This document shows, in pieces, positions 25,062 to 37,833 of a stretch of 64,000 nucleotides of DNA (within the stretch, counting starts at the first letter, position 1; the number at the start of each line of letters is the position of its first letter). Made by a program: the position numbers and the translations under genes. This DNA is from Octopus vulgaris (taxonomy: Eukaryota). A model generated the notes under the pieces. That model had not been told where the DNA came from, searched no databases, and saw only the letters and a list, made by a program, of their open reading frames with translations. The stretch lies in assembly GCA_951406725.2 (NCBI GenBank), contig OX597819.1, positions 5,084,001 to 5,148,000 of the forward strand, given 5' to 3'.

Positions 25062-25472
25062 TTCTCTCTTTTTTTACTCTTTTACTTGTTTCAGTCATTT
25101 GATTGTGGCCATGCTGGAGCACCGCCTTTAGTTGAGCAAATCGATCCCAGGACTTATTCTTTGTAAGCGTAGTACTTATTCTATTGGTCGTGTTTGCCGA
25201 ACTGCTAAGTTACGGTGACGTAAACACACCAGCATCGGTTGTCAAGCGATGTTGGAGGAACAAACATAGACACACACACACAAACACACACATATATATA
25301 CATATATACGACGGGCTTCTTTCAGTTTCTGTCTACCAAATCTACTCGCAAGGCTTTGGTCGATCCGAGGCTTTAGTAGAAAACACTTGCCCAAGGTGCC
25401 ATGCAGTGGGACTGAACCCGGAACCATGTGGTTTAAAACAAGCTACTTATCACACAGCCACTCCTACGCCTA
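25062..25472 (-). mobile_element. SINE family A, full length
   Basis: Reverse match to the A consensus. Confidence 0.9.
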
Positions 25473-27183
25473 TGTAAAATGTTCGAGAAAGAAGCCTAGC
25501 TGTTTCTTGCAATACATACAAATACATACATCTAAAACAAAACTTCTTCAGGGGCTCTTCAAATACTTTTGTGGATCACCACTTTACTATGTTACAACAA
25601 AAGTGTTTAGGATTATATCTACTTTGTAGGTTGAATATATTCCTCTACCCATATGTCAAAATGACATAGTTTTGCTGAACTTGGGAATAATGATAACAGT
25701 ACACTTGGAAGAATGAATGTACCTACATGTGTGTACTCACCCAATAAGTTTTCACATCTGTAGCATATATCCTGTGTAGCGTGTAGCCATTTTCAAATAG
25801 TAGCGCCAATTTGTGGTGGCTGACAACATGACGTAATGTCGTATTGCCGAAGAAATATGATTGTTGTTTTCCCATTGGTTGAAATAGCTGCTCAAATAGG
25901 AATTCTAAAAATTAGTTAAAGAATATTTTTATGTGATTTGAATTCTTTAAAGACAAGTTGAACAGTTATAAAAACCCTGGATTTTGGGAAAAACTTTAGT
26001 GTTTGTGGGATGTAACTAAACTCCACGATACTCACTCCTTTGAGACATTGGTTATTTTTTTATGCCATGTCTATGAAAAATCCAACAAGACTTGTTTGAA
26101 TTGTTGAGATCTATAATAGTTAGAATGAGGAATTAGTTAGCTAAAATATTAAGTCGTAATTCTCTATGACAAAATTACTTTACTTCAAATTGTATTATAA
26201 ATATTAAAAATGCTATATTTACATAAATAAAATAATGTAGTAATTATTTTCTCTTTCTTCACTTTCTTCAACTTATTAATGAAATGTATTTCTGTAATTA
26301 TGAAACTGTATTTTTTTATAGTGGTTAAAAGAACATGAAATAATTTATATTCAACATACATGCATGCATACTGTCCATTAGCGTTCCAGAAAATATATTT
26401 CTCGCTATGGCGTTTATGTAGCTGGAGTCAGGATTTACATATAAATGATAACACTTATAAGTAAGTTATAAGTGATGGTTTTATCATTATATATCCCTAC
26501 AACAAAAGCTAAATATATTTATCTATTTCCAAATAGGAAACATAATAAAGTAGTGTTACACTAACAGTAATCAAACCAACCAGAAAACCTCCGCTATATA
26601 ATAAAACTGGTAACCGCTATACCTGTACACTCTATTAAAAAAAAAATGGTAATCTCACTTGTTACTTTAGATTGGAACAAATAATTTTGTTGTGTTTCAA
26701 TAATTGAATCACATCACAGAGTATCAAACACAATGTGTTTTGTAGTAACAGAGAACTGTAATTTATCTGAAATGTGAAATACTATTAAAAGTGGTTGTAA
26801 AATCCTTTACAGTGAAGTTAGAAATGAAGGACAAAGTTTACACATTAACCCATATTTTAATATTTCCACTATAAAATGCCCTACGTATCAGTGAAAAACG
26901 CTAGAATCGAGTTGTTTTTACATGTGCAGGTAGATAAGGCTCGGGAGTGTTGCAACATGCACATATTAGTAGTTAGCTTAATTAAACAGCTAATTGCAGT
27001 AAGGTGGAGATTTTTTCAAGATTTTTGTTTTTTATCGTGGGGTAAAAAAATGGAAAAAGTGGTGGAAAAAAAATACCTCTGCTTATATATTAACTATAAA
27101 ATACAGTTTTCATTGTATCTTCTTTGGGTAGCTTTTAAATGACTGTGATGAAATTACTCTAAAATACGATTTCAACATATTTT

Positions 27184-27344
27184 TTTTCTGGGACTTCATC
27201 TTCTGCCTCCACAAGGAGGGATGGGGGTGTACTGCAATTTACATCGACCTGAAAAATTTTCTGAATTCGATAAATTACAATATTTACAATATTTTTGCAT
27301 ATTTTGAGGTGTTTGTTGGAGGCAGAAGATGAAGTCACAGAAAA
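27184..27344. repeat. 28-bp inverted repeat in unique sequence (one mismatch, 105-nt spacer)
   Basis: ttttctgggacttcatcttctgcctcca (27184-27211) versus tggaggcagaagatgaagtcacagaaaa (27317-27344). Confidence 0.9.
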
Positions 27345-28682
27345 GAACATGTTTAATATTGAAATTGAAAATCATGAAAAAATGCTCCAGTTGTTGATGA
27401 TAGGTTTTATCTGTTAAAACCTAGGCAGGATAATTGATATTAGTTGATTCTGCTCTGCTGTTTTGTATTTGGTTATGTTCTGAATTTTAATCCTTCCCAA
27501 GCCCAGTTTTCCTTTTATCCTTTTAAGGTCACTAAAATATTTACTGAAGCTTGATGAAAACCACTACACTCTTGGAGGCTGTTCCCCAATATAAACACGA
27601 ATGGCTGAACCCAGTAAAAATATAATATCAAATTAGTCTCTGTAGTATATCTGTATACTGTTTAAAGTATCTGACCTAAATGATGGATAGCAGTTGGAGT
27701 TGGATATAATGAAATGGAAATAAAGTAGAATAGACTGAAAGCATTCCGACTGCAAACTGATATTTTATCAGGATCTGATGTTCACATTTTAAATATCAAG
27801 AATAAGATTGAACTCTGACATAATTACATAACTTTTATAATTTTGTAACCCAACCTTGTCCTATCCCTTCTATTTACTCACTCTTTCATTGCTTGAGAAT
27901 CACATGAGCTAATGATTCAGAGTCCCTTTCTGTTATTAAAAAAAAAAAAAATTATAATAAAGTTTGAAAAAAGATTGTTAATAATATTGATGAAATAAAA
28001 TTAATATAATAAAGAAATTTCTAGCAAATTGATAGAATCTCCAATTAAACTAGCATGCATGACATTTTAAATTCCATTACAGAACAGGATGTAATGAAAA
28101 GATTAATCAGATATCATTTGTGACAATTATTAAATTTCATTAACTCTTCAGCTATCTAAAAACTTAGTCTTTGAATTAATCTTTTTTTTTTTTTTTTTAT
28201 TTTTAATGTTCATTCTTGCTAGTTGCTAATTGGCTCTGCTTTCTTGATTCGTCCTTATCTTATCAAATATCATCAAACTTTTTGCTGTTTCTTTAATTTT
28301 TTAAAAATTTTATGTTTTACAACCATTGATTTCATTATTTTTTTTTCTTGTGTTCATCCTTTTTATAATTAGTTTACGTATAATTTTCTATAATGCATGA
28401 ATTGTGCAGCTCTGCAATATTGATTTATTACACTGACATAATGCCTCAGATTTATATCTGAAGAGAAATATCATTGAATGATTGATGCAGTACTTGGATG
28501 TATTTTGCTGAGTGAGTTCCGTTTGGTAGGCTGATTTCTCTCTTCTGCCTCAGATGACTGCATTGGATGTCTAATGTTACTTTATTTTGAAACTCTTAGT
28601 TATATCAGTGAAGCAAAATGGTTTCAGTTGTGAGTAAAAAACTAGAAAGTAGACTTTGTTTACTAGATTGCCCAACTTTACC

Positions 28683-29007
28683 TTAACCCTTTTGTTACTA
28701 TATTTCTGACCAAAATTTACCCCTCATGAGTTTCAATTAAATTCTAAAATAATCATGAATCTAGGCTTGTTTCATTAAATAACTGTAACTTTTTTACTTA
28801 TCAACATATTAATGTGATATTTGGAACATAATTAAAGAAAGGGTTCTTAATCAATTCTATTGCATAACTTTTGTCTCAAAGTGACTTTAATTACAGGTAA
28901 ATCCAGGTAAATTGAGCAAAAGGTAAAAATATTAAAATTTTAAATTGAGCAAAGGTAAAAATATTAAAATTTTAAATTGAGCAAAAGGTAAAAATATTAA
29001 AATTTAA
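28683..29007. mobile_element. Diverged TTAA/CCCTTT MITE with a triplicated right end
   Basis: Starts ttaacccttttgttactatattt; the 32-33 bp unit taaattgagcaaaaggtaaaaatattaaaattt occurs three times at 28908-29007. Confidence 0.55.
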
Positions 29008-29144
29008 GAAGGGACAACTCATATAATGGTAACTATCAGTTTTAAAACTAAAGATGAAAATGTATAAAGATACTTTTTTCAAACTTTTCTTTTTCACCAA
29101 TTCTAAATTGTATCTATACACAATTTCTAATCAACTGAATAATA

Positions 29145-29189
<45 letters not shown>

Positions 29190-29223
29190 TTGTTCCCTTT
29201 TTGTTTTCTTTTTCTAGGTAAGT
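29190..29223 (+). other. Candidate recursive splice site (polypyrimidine tract, TAG|GTAAGT)
   Basis: ttcccttttttgttttctttttctag|gtaagt; AG at 29216-29217; no other AG in 29070-29215. Confidence 0.5.
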
Positions 29224-29835
29224 TCATTTTCTTGATGATTGATGGTAATGTATATTTTTTTGCTTTTGTTTTTCTATCTCCTCAGCTTTGAATTATGATC
29301 GTGTGTGACTGAAAGCTTTATTTGCTGAACTAGAGATTACAAGTTCAAAATCTGTTAAAAACATTCTACTATTGCCTTTTGAAGCTATTATTCTCATTTA
29401 ATGATAGAAAGATTGACATTAGCAATAATATCTGAGAACATATGACGGTGAATCACATGAATTTATGTAACCACCATCATTAGCCTCATCTTTAATCTTT
29501 ATGCTGGTGCGAGATGGACAGTTACAAGAGAGTATCTCTCTGAGTACCATAATTATTCAATCATCTCTCTGTCTGTCTGTCTGTCTCCTTTTTTTTCTTT
29601 TTCTTTTGATGTCTGACATTCCAAGGATCAATAACAATAAAGTTACAGTATTGTGCTACTAAATACCTGGTCACAAGACTTCAGACATTAGGTTTAATGT
29701 TGTATTTCTTAAACACCAAACCATGGCCTTGCTTAGTTTAGACTGGCAGCTTCCATTCGTTTTCAAACATTGTCTCAAATATGTTGGTATAGAATATTAA
29801 TGTAAAAACGATTTGTATTTAATTTTGATTCACTA

Positions 29836-30245
29836 TAGGCGCAGGAGTGGCTGTGTGGTAAGTAACTTGCTAAACAACCACATGGTTCCGGGTTCAGTCC
29901 CACTACGTGGCATCTTGGGCAAGTGTCTTCTGCTATAGCCCCAGGCCGACCAATGCCTTGTGAGTGGATTTGGTAGACGGAAACTGAAAGAAGCCTGTCG
30001 TATATATGTATATATATGTATGTGTGTGTGTCTGTGTGTCTGTGTTTGTCCCCCTAGCATTGCTTGACAACCGATACTGGTGTGTTTATGTCCCCGTCAC
30101 TTAGTGGTTCGGCAAAAGAGACCGATAGAATAAGTACTGGGCTTACAAAGAATAAGTCCCGGGGTCGATTTTCTCGACGAAAGACGGTGCTCCAGCATGG
30201 CCACAGTCAAATGACTGAAACAAGTAAAAGAGTAAAAAGAGAGTA
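29836..30245 (+). mobile_element. SINE family A, young full-length copy
   Basis: ggcgcaggagtggctgtgtggtaag head, gggttcagtccc B-box-like motif and aagtaaaagagtaaaaagag tail. Confidence 0.92.
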
Positions 30246-31964
30246 ATGGGTATTTAGTTTTAAACCTGTGTATGATAACCTCAAAATTTGGTTGAGGACA
30301 GAATGGTGTTGGAGTTGCACCAATATTTCAAATTTTTTGAGTCCACAATCTTTTTATCTGCACTGCTTGGTATGATGTATAAACTTTTAAAGTATGAACA
30401 TTTCTTGACAATAAAAAAAATTTGATCTATTTATTTCAATAAAATTTTATGGAATAGTAATTTTGCATTTTAGAATGGTCAGGTGCAGAATGCTCTAAAC
30501 TCTTATGACATTTTAAAACACATTTTAGTCCATTGTTTTTCAATATATATCAAAATGTAAGAAATATTTAATAAAAAAAAGAAAGAAGCTTGAGCAACTA
30601 CTATTATTTGCCAGCAGAATATAAAAGACTGATGTACATTATTTTAAAGAATTCTTATGTACTTATTTGTGTTTTATTGTGTTATAGTTCATTCTTAAAG
30701 AATGAACTATTTCTTGGTGTTATTCATTCTGTCTCTATGACAAATGAGATTTTTCTCTTAATGGGAATATGTCCTACAATATTCCCTCAATTGTTTATTG
30801 ATTTAAGAATCATGTTATTATATTTTAATTATCTATGCATAATACAGCCTCTAGTTACATTACCAACCATTTAAAATGACTTGTATAATTACTATTCAGT
30901 ATTCTTTAAATCTTTTTGAATATTTTTGAAATATTCAAAGCAAAATTAACGTTAGAAATCTGGTTATCTTGTAGGATGATTCAGATCCTCTCTGGCATGT
31001 ATTCTTAAGAATTTTTAATGAAGTTATAGATTTGTTTGTATTGAATTCAAGGTTTCTGATTTAAGTAAAAAGAGGAATTGAAACTGGATTGAAAGTTAGT
31101 TTTGTTCATAGCTTCTTAACTTGTACATTACATTGGTCATAATTTTGATCTTTAATATTTTTGATGCTTCTATAAATAGCTGAGACAATGAACCACTGAA
31201 ATTTACTTGAAATGTTGATGATAGCACTGGGTTCCTAAGACACTTCAAGTAACTTTGCTGGAAAGATGTACAATTCATTTAATGCCAGAACTTTCGATAC
31301 ATTAAAACATCCAGCTGCAAGCAATTTGTATTAAATATTCATGCAACTGTTGAATTTACACAACCCTTTAATGAATGTTAATCTGAAATATTACTAAAGA
31401 AAATATAAATTTGGAATTAATTTTTAAAATTTTAATGAAAATAATATCAAGACAATATAAGCAGCAATTTGCAAAGAATAACAGTTGCATAAGACCGGGC
31501 AGGAATAATATATCTGTCACTTGCCAAGAAACTTTCTTATTGATTATACTATAGAACACTTGCTATAAATTGTTTCTGATTATTGTTGAGAAGAATAGCA
31601 ATGCTCTGTGGTATAATCAGTAATGTGGTTACTGGTAAGTAATAGATTTCTGGTTCAAATCCTGTTACCGGGCCTGTAGCAAATTTTTCTGTTTCAAATT
31701 ACGGTTACTAATGTTTACTATCAAAATATTTTTACTAGAATAATTTGCAATGTACTTTATTTTTTTAACTTGGTATGCAACACTATGTGCTAATGGCATG
31801 TGCAAATGAGACCACATTATCTGGAACATTGTAATATTTGGATAATAATTTGAGCTTCGAGCAGAGTGCATTTACAAGCTTGAAATTGGAATAGATTTTC
31901 AGCCTTTGAAGCACACAACTCTTATTTCTAAACAAAACAGATTCTCTCTCAAGCTCAATGAGGA

Positions 31965-32275
31965 GCATTCAGTTATTTAATCAACTGAGTGACCTTAGCA
32001 TGTAAATTTGCTGTGTATTTTACAGATATTTGTACCCTTAATGTAAACTGCAAGATGAATCAGCATGACATAGTGTGTGATAAGATTGGCCATTTGAATT
32101 AAATGTAAAAAATGATCTGGTGGACCACCAAGCAATTCCTGTTGACACAGTTTCACTCACAAGGCTTGGGTTGACCTAAGGCTATGGTAAAAGGCACTTG
32201 CCTAAGATGCTATGTTGTGGGATTGAACCCAGGACCTTGTAATTGTGAAGCTGGTTTCTTTAGCCATTTGGCCAT
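31965..32275 (-). mobile_element. Old chimeric SINE: A-like head with C-like tail
   Basis: cagatatttgtacccttaatgta (C tail, reverse) followed by cactcacaaggcttggg...gggattgaaccc (A head, reverse). Confidence 0.55.
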
Positions 32276-33344
32276 GTTTTACTCATATTTTACTTTATTT
32301 TTGATGAATTTAGTAACATCCCCAGAAATTTCAGTTATGTTGAAGTTGATATATAAACAGGAAATATAATTTCTTTTGAAATTGCATTTTTTCTGAAGCA
32401 TTTGATTCTGGAGAAGGTGTAAAATACACATAAATAATGCTGAAGATGTAGTCTTAAGAGAGAACATCTTTGAAAACTATATCCTTTGTTATACCCTTCA
32501 TATATGTACAAGAAAGAGGCACATATTCACAATTCTGTTTATTAAAACATATTGAAAAATTAATGTATATAGTAAATGCTTTTAAACAAACATAATCATG
32601 GAATGAAATCAAAGACTTTATCTTTAACTAGCAGACATATCCAGCATTGCTCAAGATTTAAATGTCATAGTTTGTATATGTGGTACAGTTAAGTTGAAAC
32701 ATTTGGTACAAGGAAGTGCAGCATTGACGACAAAACATTTGTGGAGTAAACGAAGGGCTAACTTGACTAAGTGACATGTCATGCATCTGTTTGGAAGATT
32801 CCAAGCCCTATGGAAAAGTGGGTGGCAGGTATGTGATTTTTGAATGCACCCAAAAACCTCTCAGTAGATATACTATCCTTTGCAGCTGTTGGTGCTGCCG
32901 CTACCATGCTGAACAATCAGCAGACATAGGAACTACATCTATGTGATAAATTAAGCCTGTGGGCGCACTCAGCAGTACCACATGAGAGAAATGTACATGA
33001 AGGAAATGACATGGTAAGGATGGAGGGATTACCTGGATCCGTTAATGCAGCATTCCTGGCCAGGTAAATACCTTACTCATCACTTTCCATTGCTCTTGTA
33101 GTAACTCTACAAATGGCAGTTTGTGATTGTCTAATTGAAGTCTCATGTGATACTTCATTTGCTCTCCTTCTTTTCAATTACTCTGCTACTGCTGTTTTTC
33201 GACCAATGGAGGATCTCTTCTTTGGAGACATTATGTCAAGAAGTATGACGTAATAAACTAAGGTGACAATTATACATTAATAATGAAATGTCAATAAAAA
33301 AGGTAAATAATATTAATATCTTAGAAAATTTTAAGAAATACATG

Positions 33345-34248
33345 GGTGACCGAGTCAGTAGTGGTGGGTGGATGCTCTGAGAGTGTAACTGCTAGAATAA
33401 GAATAGGCTGGGCAAAGTTCAGAGAGATCCTACCTCTGCTGGTAACAAAGGGCTTCTCACTCAGAGTGAAAGGTAGACTGTATGATGCCTGTGTGCAAAC
33501 AGCCACGCTATTTGGCAGTGAAACATGGGCTGTGACTGCTGAGGACATACATAGACTTGAAAGAAATGAAGCTAGTGTGCTCCACTGGATGTATAATGTC
33601 AGTGTGCATACATGACAGAGTGTAAGCACCCTGAGAGAAAAGTTGGACATAAGAAGCATCAGATGTGGAGTGCAAGAGAGATGACTGCACTGGTATGGCC
33701 ATGTGATGCATATAGATGAGGACAGCTATAGACATGGGATGAGGTGGTGAAGCACAACCTTCAAACATTGAGCCTCAGAGGCAATGATTAGTGACCAAGA
33801 CCTTTGGAGATATGCAGTGCTTGAGAAGATCCGGCAAACCAAGTAAGATTGTAGCCATGGCTGATGCCAGTGTTCCATAACTGACCTGTTTAAAAGCACC
33901 CTTCAATTGTTGACCAATATGCTGTGCTTGTGGAGACCTGTTGAACTGAATGAAATCATAGTTGTTGCTGATGCTAGTGCCGCCTGACTGGCTCACGTGC
34001 CAGTGGCATGTAAAAAGCACCATTGAGCGTGGCTAATGCCAGTGCTGCCTGCCTGGCTCCTGTGCCAGTGACACGTAAAAAGCACTCACTACAATCTTGG
34101 AATGGTTGGCATTATGAAGGACATCCAGATGTAGAAACCATGCCAAATCAGATTGGAGCCTGGTGCAGCCTCCCAGCCTGCCATTACTTAGTCAAACTGT
34201 TCACCCATGCCAGCATAGACAGCAGACGTTAAACAATGATGATGATGA
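33345..34248 (+). mobile_element. RTE-clade LINE, 5'-truncated (RT C-terminal region, 3' UTR, (GAT)n tail); parent of family D tails
   Basis: ORF 33346-33615 reads ARIRIGWAKFREILPLL...KGRLYDACVQTATLFGSETWAV, continuing through stops to HWYGHV. These are typical RTE post-RT motifs. Confidence 0.9.
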
Positions 34249-34479
34249 CCACATACAATGAATTGAGATGATACTGTTATGTTAATTAAATGTCAATAAA
34301 AAACATTAATTAATATCAATATTCTAAAAAGACGAAAAATGTTCAGCAGAACAGTTTTGTACCAAGTAACACACGTAATCAAATTAATTGCACTGGATGT
34401 AATGGAGACAATCAATTTCTGAAAGTTCTTCGTAAAGAATTACCCCTTTTGTCCACAGTAATTGTATGTAACCCAGGGA

Positions 34480-34762
34480 AGGGTATTTTTTTCTCCCATA
34501 GGCCCCATTACTTATTATGTAAAAAATTTTAAGAGTCTAAAACCATCTCTGGAGCATAAGTAATGTATGTTTCCAGTTTGGAGAAATTCAGTTGTGAACT
34601 TCAGAAGTTATGTGGGTTTACACACACACAATCTGAGTTTTATATATACTAGCAGAGATACCCGGCATTGCTTGGGATTAAAATGGCATAGTTTTTTTTA
34701 TTGTTTTATGTGTTTGAGTAGTGTGACTGCAGCCATGCTGGAGCACCACCTTTATATGTATA

Positions 34763-34806
<44 letters not shown>

Positions 34807-35265
34807 GACCACACCTGTCAAATTTGGCGAAACTTAGTCGAAAATTGTAGGAGTAGAAGTGGTTCACACAGGACAGGAAGCACTCCATCGGTTACGACGA
34901 CGAGGGTTCCGGTTGATCCGAATCAATGGAACAGCCTGCTCGTGAAATTAACGTGTAAGTGGCTGAGCACTCCACAGACACGTGTACCCTTAACGTAGTT
35001 CTCGGGGATATTCAGCGTGACACAGAGAGTGACAAGGCCGGCCCCTTTGAAATACAGGTACAACAAAAACAGGAAGTAAGAGTGAGAGAAAGTTGTGGTG
35101 AAAGAGTACAGCAGGGATCATCACCATCCCCTGCCAGAGCCTCATGGGGCTTTAGGTGTTTCCGCTCAATAAACACTCACAACGCCCGGTCTGGGAACCG
35201 AAACCGCGACCCTATGACCACGAGTCCGCTGCCTTAACCACTGGGCCATTGCGCCTCCACAGTGG

Positions 35266-35336
<71 letters not shown>

Positions 35337-35360
35337 TACTCAACTCTTATTTTGATATCA
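34480..35360 (-). mobile_element. Non-autonomous Helitron-like elements joined head to tail
   Basis: Minus strand shows a GC-rich hairpin (34661-34676), CTAG at 34649-34652, then TATATATAAAACTCAGA(TG)n. Both units carry (CA)n near the same end. Confidence 0.5.
34871..35260 (-). mobile_element. SINE family C, full length with 13-bp TSD
   Basis: TSD agtggttcacaca at 34858-34870 and 35261-35273; near-identical to 14882-15271. Confidence 0.9.
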
Positions 35361-36199
35361 GAAAAAATGCAAGTGGCTGGACAACCAACAATCTTAATGA
35401 ACAAAATACAACAGCTCTACCACACAACTGTGGATCCTACAAAAAATGTGTATCAGTGATATCGTAATTTAAAATATTTACTTATTCAGTGTCTTTCATA
35501 TTGTATTTTATATTTTGTGTATATGACTAGATGATTTCTAAAAAACTATGCAGACGCACACAGGCCCACACACAGAGTAGGTTTTGTATAGCTTCTGTCT
35601 ACTAAGTTCACTCACAAGACAGTGATCAACCAAGAGTTGTACCAGAAGACACTTGTATAAGGTGTTGCACAATAGGACTGAACTCAGTCATGTGGTTGTG
35701 AAACAAAGTTCTTAACCACAGAGCCAAGCCTGCACCTATATCTAATATCAAACTGAATATATTATTGGACAGTTATTCTAATTATATCCCTAGTAAATAA
35801 TTAAAAATAGAACTAATTATCTAAAGTATGTGTGAAATAATTTTTGAAACTCTGATTAACTTAAAAAAAACATTCATACCAGCATCCCAATTTGAGCATT
35901 TGCTTCTTGATATTCTTAGTACAGTTTAAGAATTTATTTTTGTAATTTTCAAAATTCCATAAATATTTCATGAGTATTTTCTCTATTTTCATTTTCAAAA
36001 AACGAAAGTAAAAGAAATAAAAAAAGTCTTAAGTATGTCTTTCATACTTTCTTGGAAAAATATTTATTGTGCAGTACTAACTGATATCATCATCATCATC
36101 ATAGCTATTATCATCAACATCATAACTACTGATACCTTCACAATAATAATATCAATTACTTCTAATATTTTATTGAACATGATTCTGTTTTTGTTATTA

Positions 36200-36234
36200 A
36201 TGTTTTAGTATTGCTATATTGTAGGTAAGTAAGT
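36200..36234 (+). other. Candidate recursive splice site or 16-nt microexon (36209-36224)
   Basis: ttttag TATTGCTATATTGTAG gtaagtaagt; AG-free 36105-36206. Confidence 0.4.
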
Positions 36235-36864
36235 TACTATGGTTATTGAAGTCTTCCTAATGTTGGTCTGCTCAACTGAAAGGTTAGGTACAGTAACTAA
36301 AACTGCATGTTTTGATCTGTTGAAACATTTTTCCTGTAATCTTTATACTTAATCCAGTTTTACTAGTGCTATAAGCTACTAACATTGCTAGTATTGTGTA
36401 AGAAGGTAAAGAAATTATAGCAATTTTTCTGAATTAATTTTATCACTATAGAGATTAAAGCAAACTAAAGGACTTCAAGTGTTGGATAATGCTGGAAATC
36501 GCTGAGATATTAGTATATTAGTCAGTCAATCAAAGTAACCCACGAGCTACATGCACCTGTTATGACACTTAGAATTAGTTTCCTACAAAGCAAGGTTAAT
36601 AAAAATTGTAAAAGTGTCTATGGTAGCAGGTTTGCACTCAGAAATATAAACTAGTAGACAGCTAAGTTCATTTTACAGTTTTAAATTTCAGAAGCACTGT
36701 TCAGTGGTGTATATTTAATCTGATCTTTGATATAAATGAAATGGAAATCTTAACCAATGTCAAAAAATTAGAAATGTTTTAAAACTTAGAGCAGTAATGA
36801 ATCATTTCATTAGCAAATTGATTGGTTGGTAGACACTTTTGTTTGACAATATTTGTGTATTTGA

Positions 36865-37076
36865 GGGCAGTGGGCTGGCAGAATCATTAGCATGCCAAGC
36901 CAAATGCTTAGTAGCATTTCGTCTATCTCTACATTCTGAGTTCAAATTCCACCGAGGTTGACTTTGTCTTTCATCCTTTCAGAGTCAATAAAATAAATAC
37001 CAGTTGAGCACTGGGGTCGATATGATCAGCTTACCCCCTGCCCTGAACTTGCTGCCCTGTGTCAAAATTTGAAACC
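36865..37076 (+). mobile_element. SINE family B
   Basis: B head and body; flanking ca(a/g)tatttgtgta duplication. Confidence 0.85.
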
Positions 37077-37833
37077 AGTATTTGTGTACCTTGCCGCTAG
37101 CATTATTTCTAAGAAAGCGTTCTTAACTTTCAATGGCTGAATCTATCAATCTGTAATGTCATTAAAAAACAGGAAGTAAAAGGGACATCTGATTGATTGA
37201 CATGGAGTCACTCACCAACATATTTGACCCTCTGGTCTTTGGATGGGTGTTTTCCTGCATTTCCTTTTCTGTGACAGTGGCCCCTACTTCAGGGAGATAG
37301 TTCCATACCACTTCCACCCAACCAACTGACACATTTATTTGTCCTTCTCTTGTCACTTTCCCCAATCCTTCTTCCCCAGAGTATTCCTACCTTGTCCATG
37401 TGTTTCCTGCAGATGCCTTCTTGCAGTTGTTCAAGATGAATGTTAACCACATTGACCTTCCTATCCTCTTTACTAAATTATTAATCATAAGGATGTTGTA
37501 GGGAGGCACAAGTTCCTATTATGGATGATTCTGTGTGATTTAATGAGTATTTCAGCCTCTTGGAATTTTGAGCTGAAATCTCTACACAGGATATCGAAAA
37601 TGAGATGCCTACCCAGCAGTTTGTCCCACCAAGTTAAAAAATTAATCAAGGTCATTTAAATATATGATGAACAATTGCATTTAAACATAGCAACGCTATG
37701 GGAAATAATTAAATCTTCACTTTATTAGAGTAATTGTTATTTCTAATGAAGTAGAAGTAACATACAGTAACATAGTAATTTGATGAAACAGTACTAATTC
37801 TCTTAATCAACTACTGTTATTTCTTTATTTTAG

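Noticed and set aside
31603-31673. tRNA-like sequence with A/B boxes and an internal CTG|gtaagt
   Set aside because: D, anticodon and T stems are broken, so it is probably a repeat-derived remnant; no good acceptor pairs with the donor.
32940-33000. Minus-strand VVLLSAPTG resembling a PIF1 helicase motif
   Set aside because: No Walker A or other helicase motifs appear in neighbouring frames.
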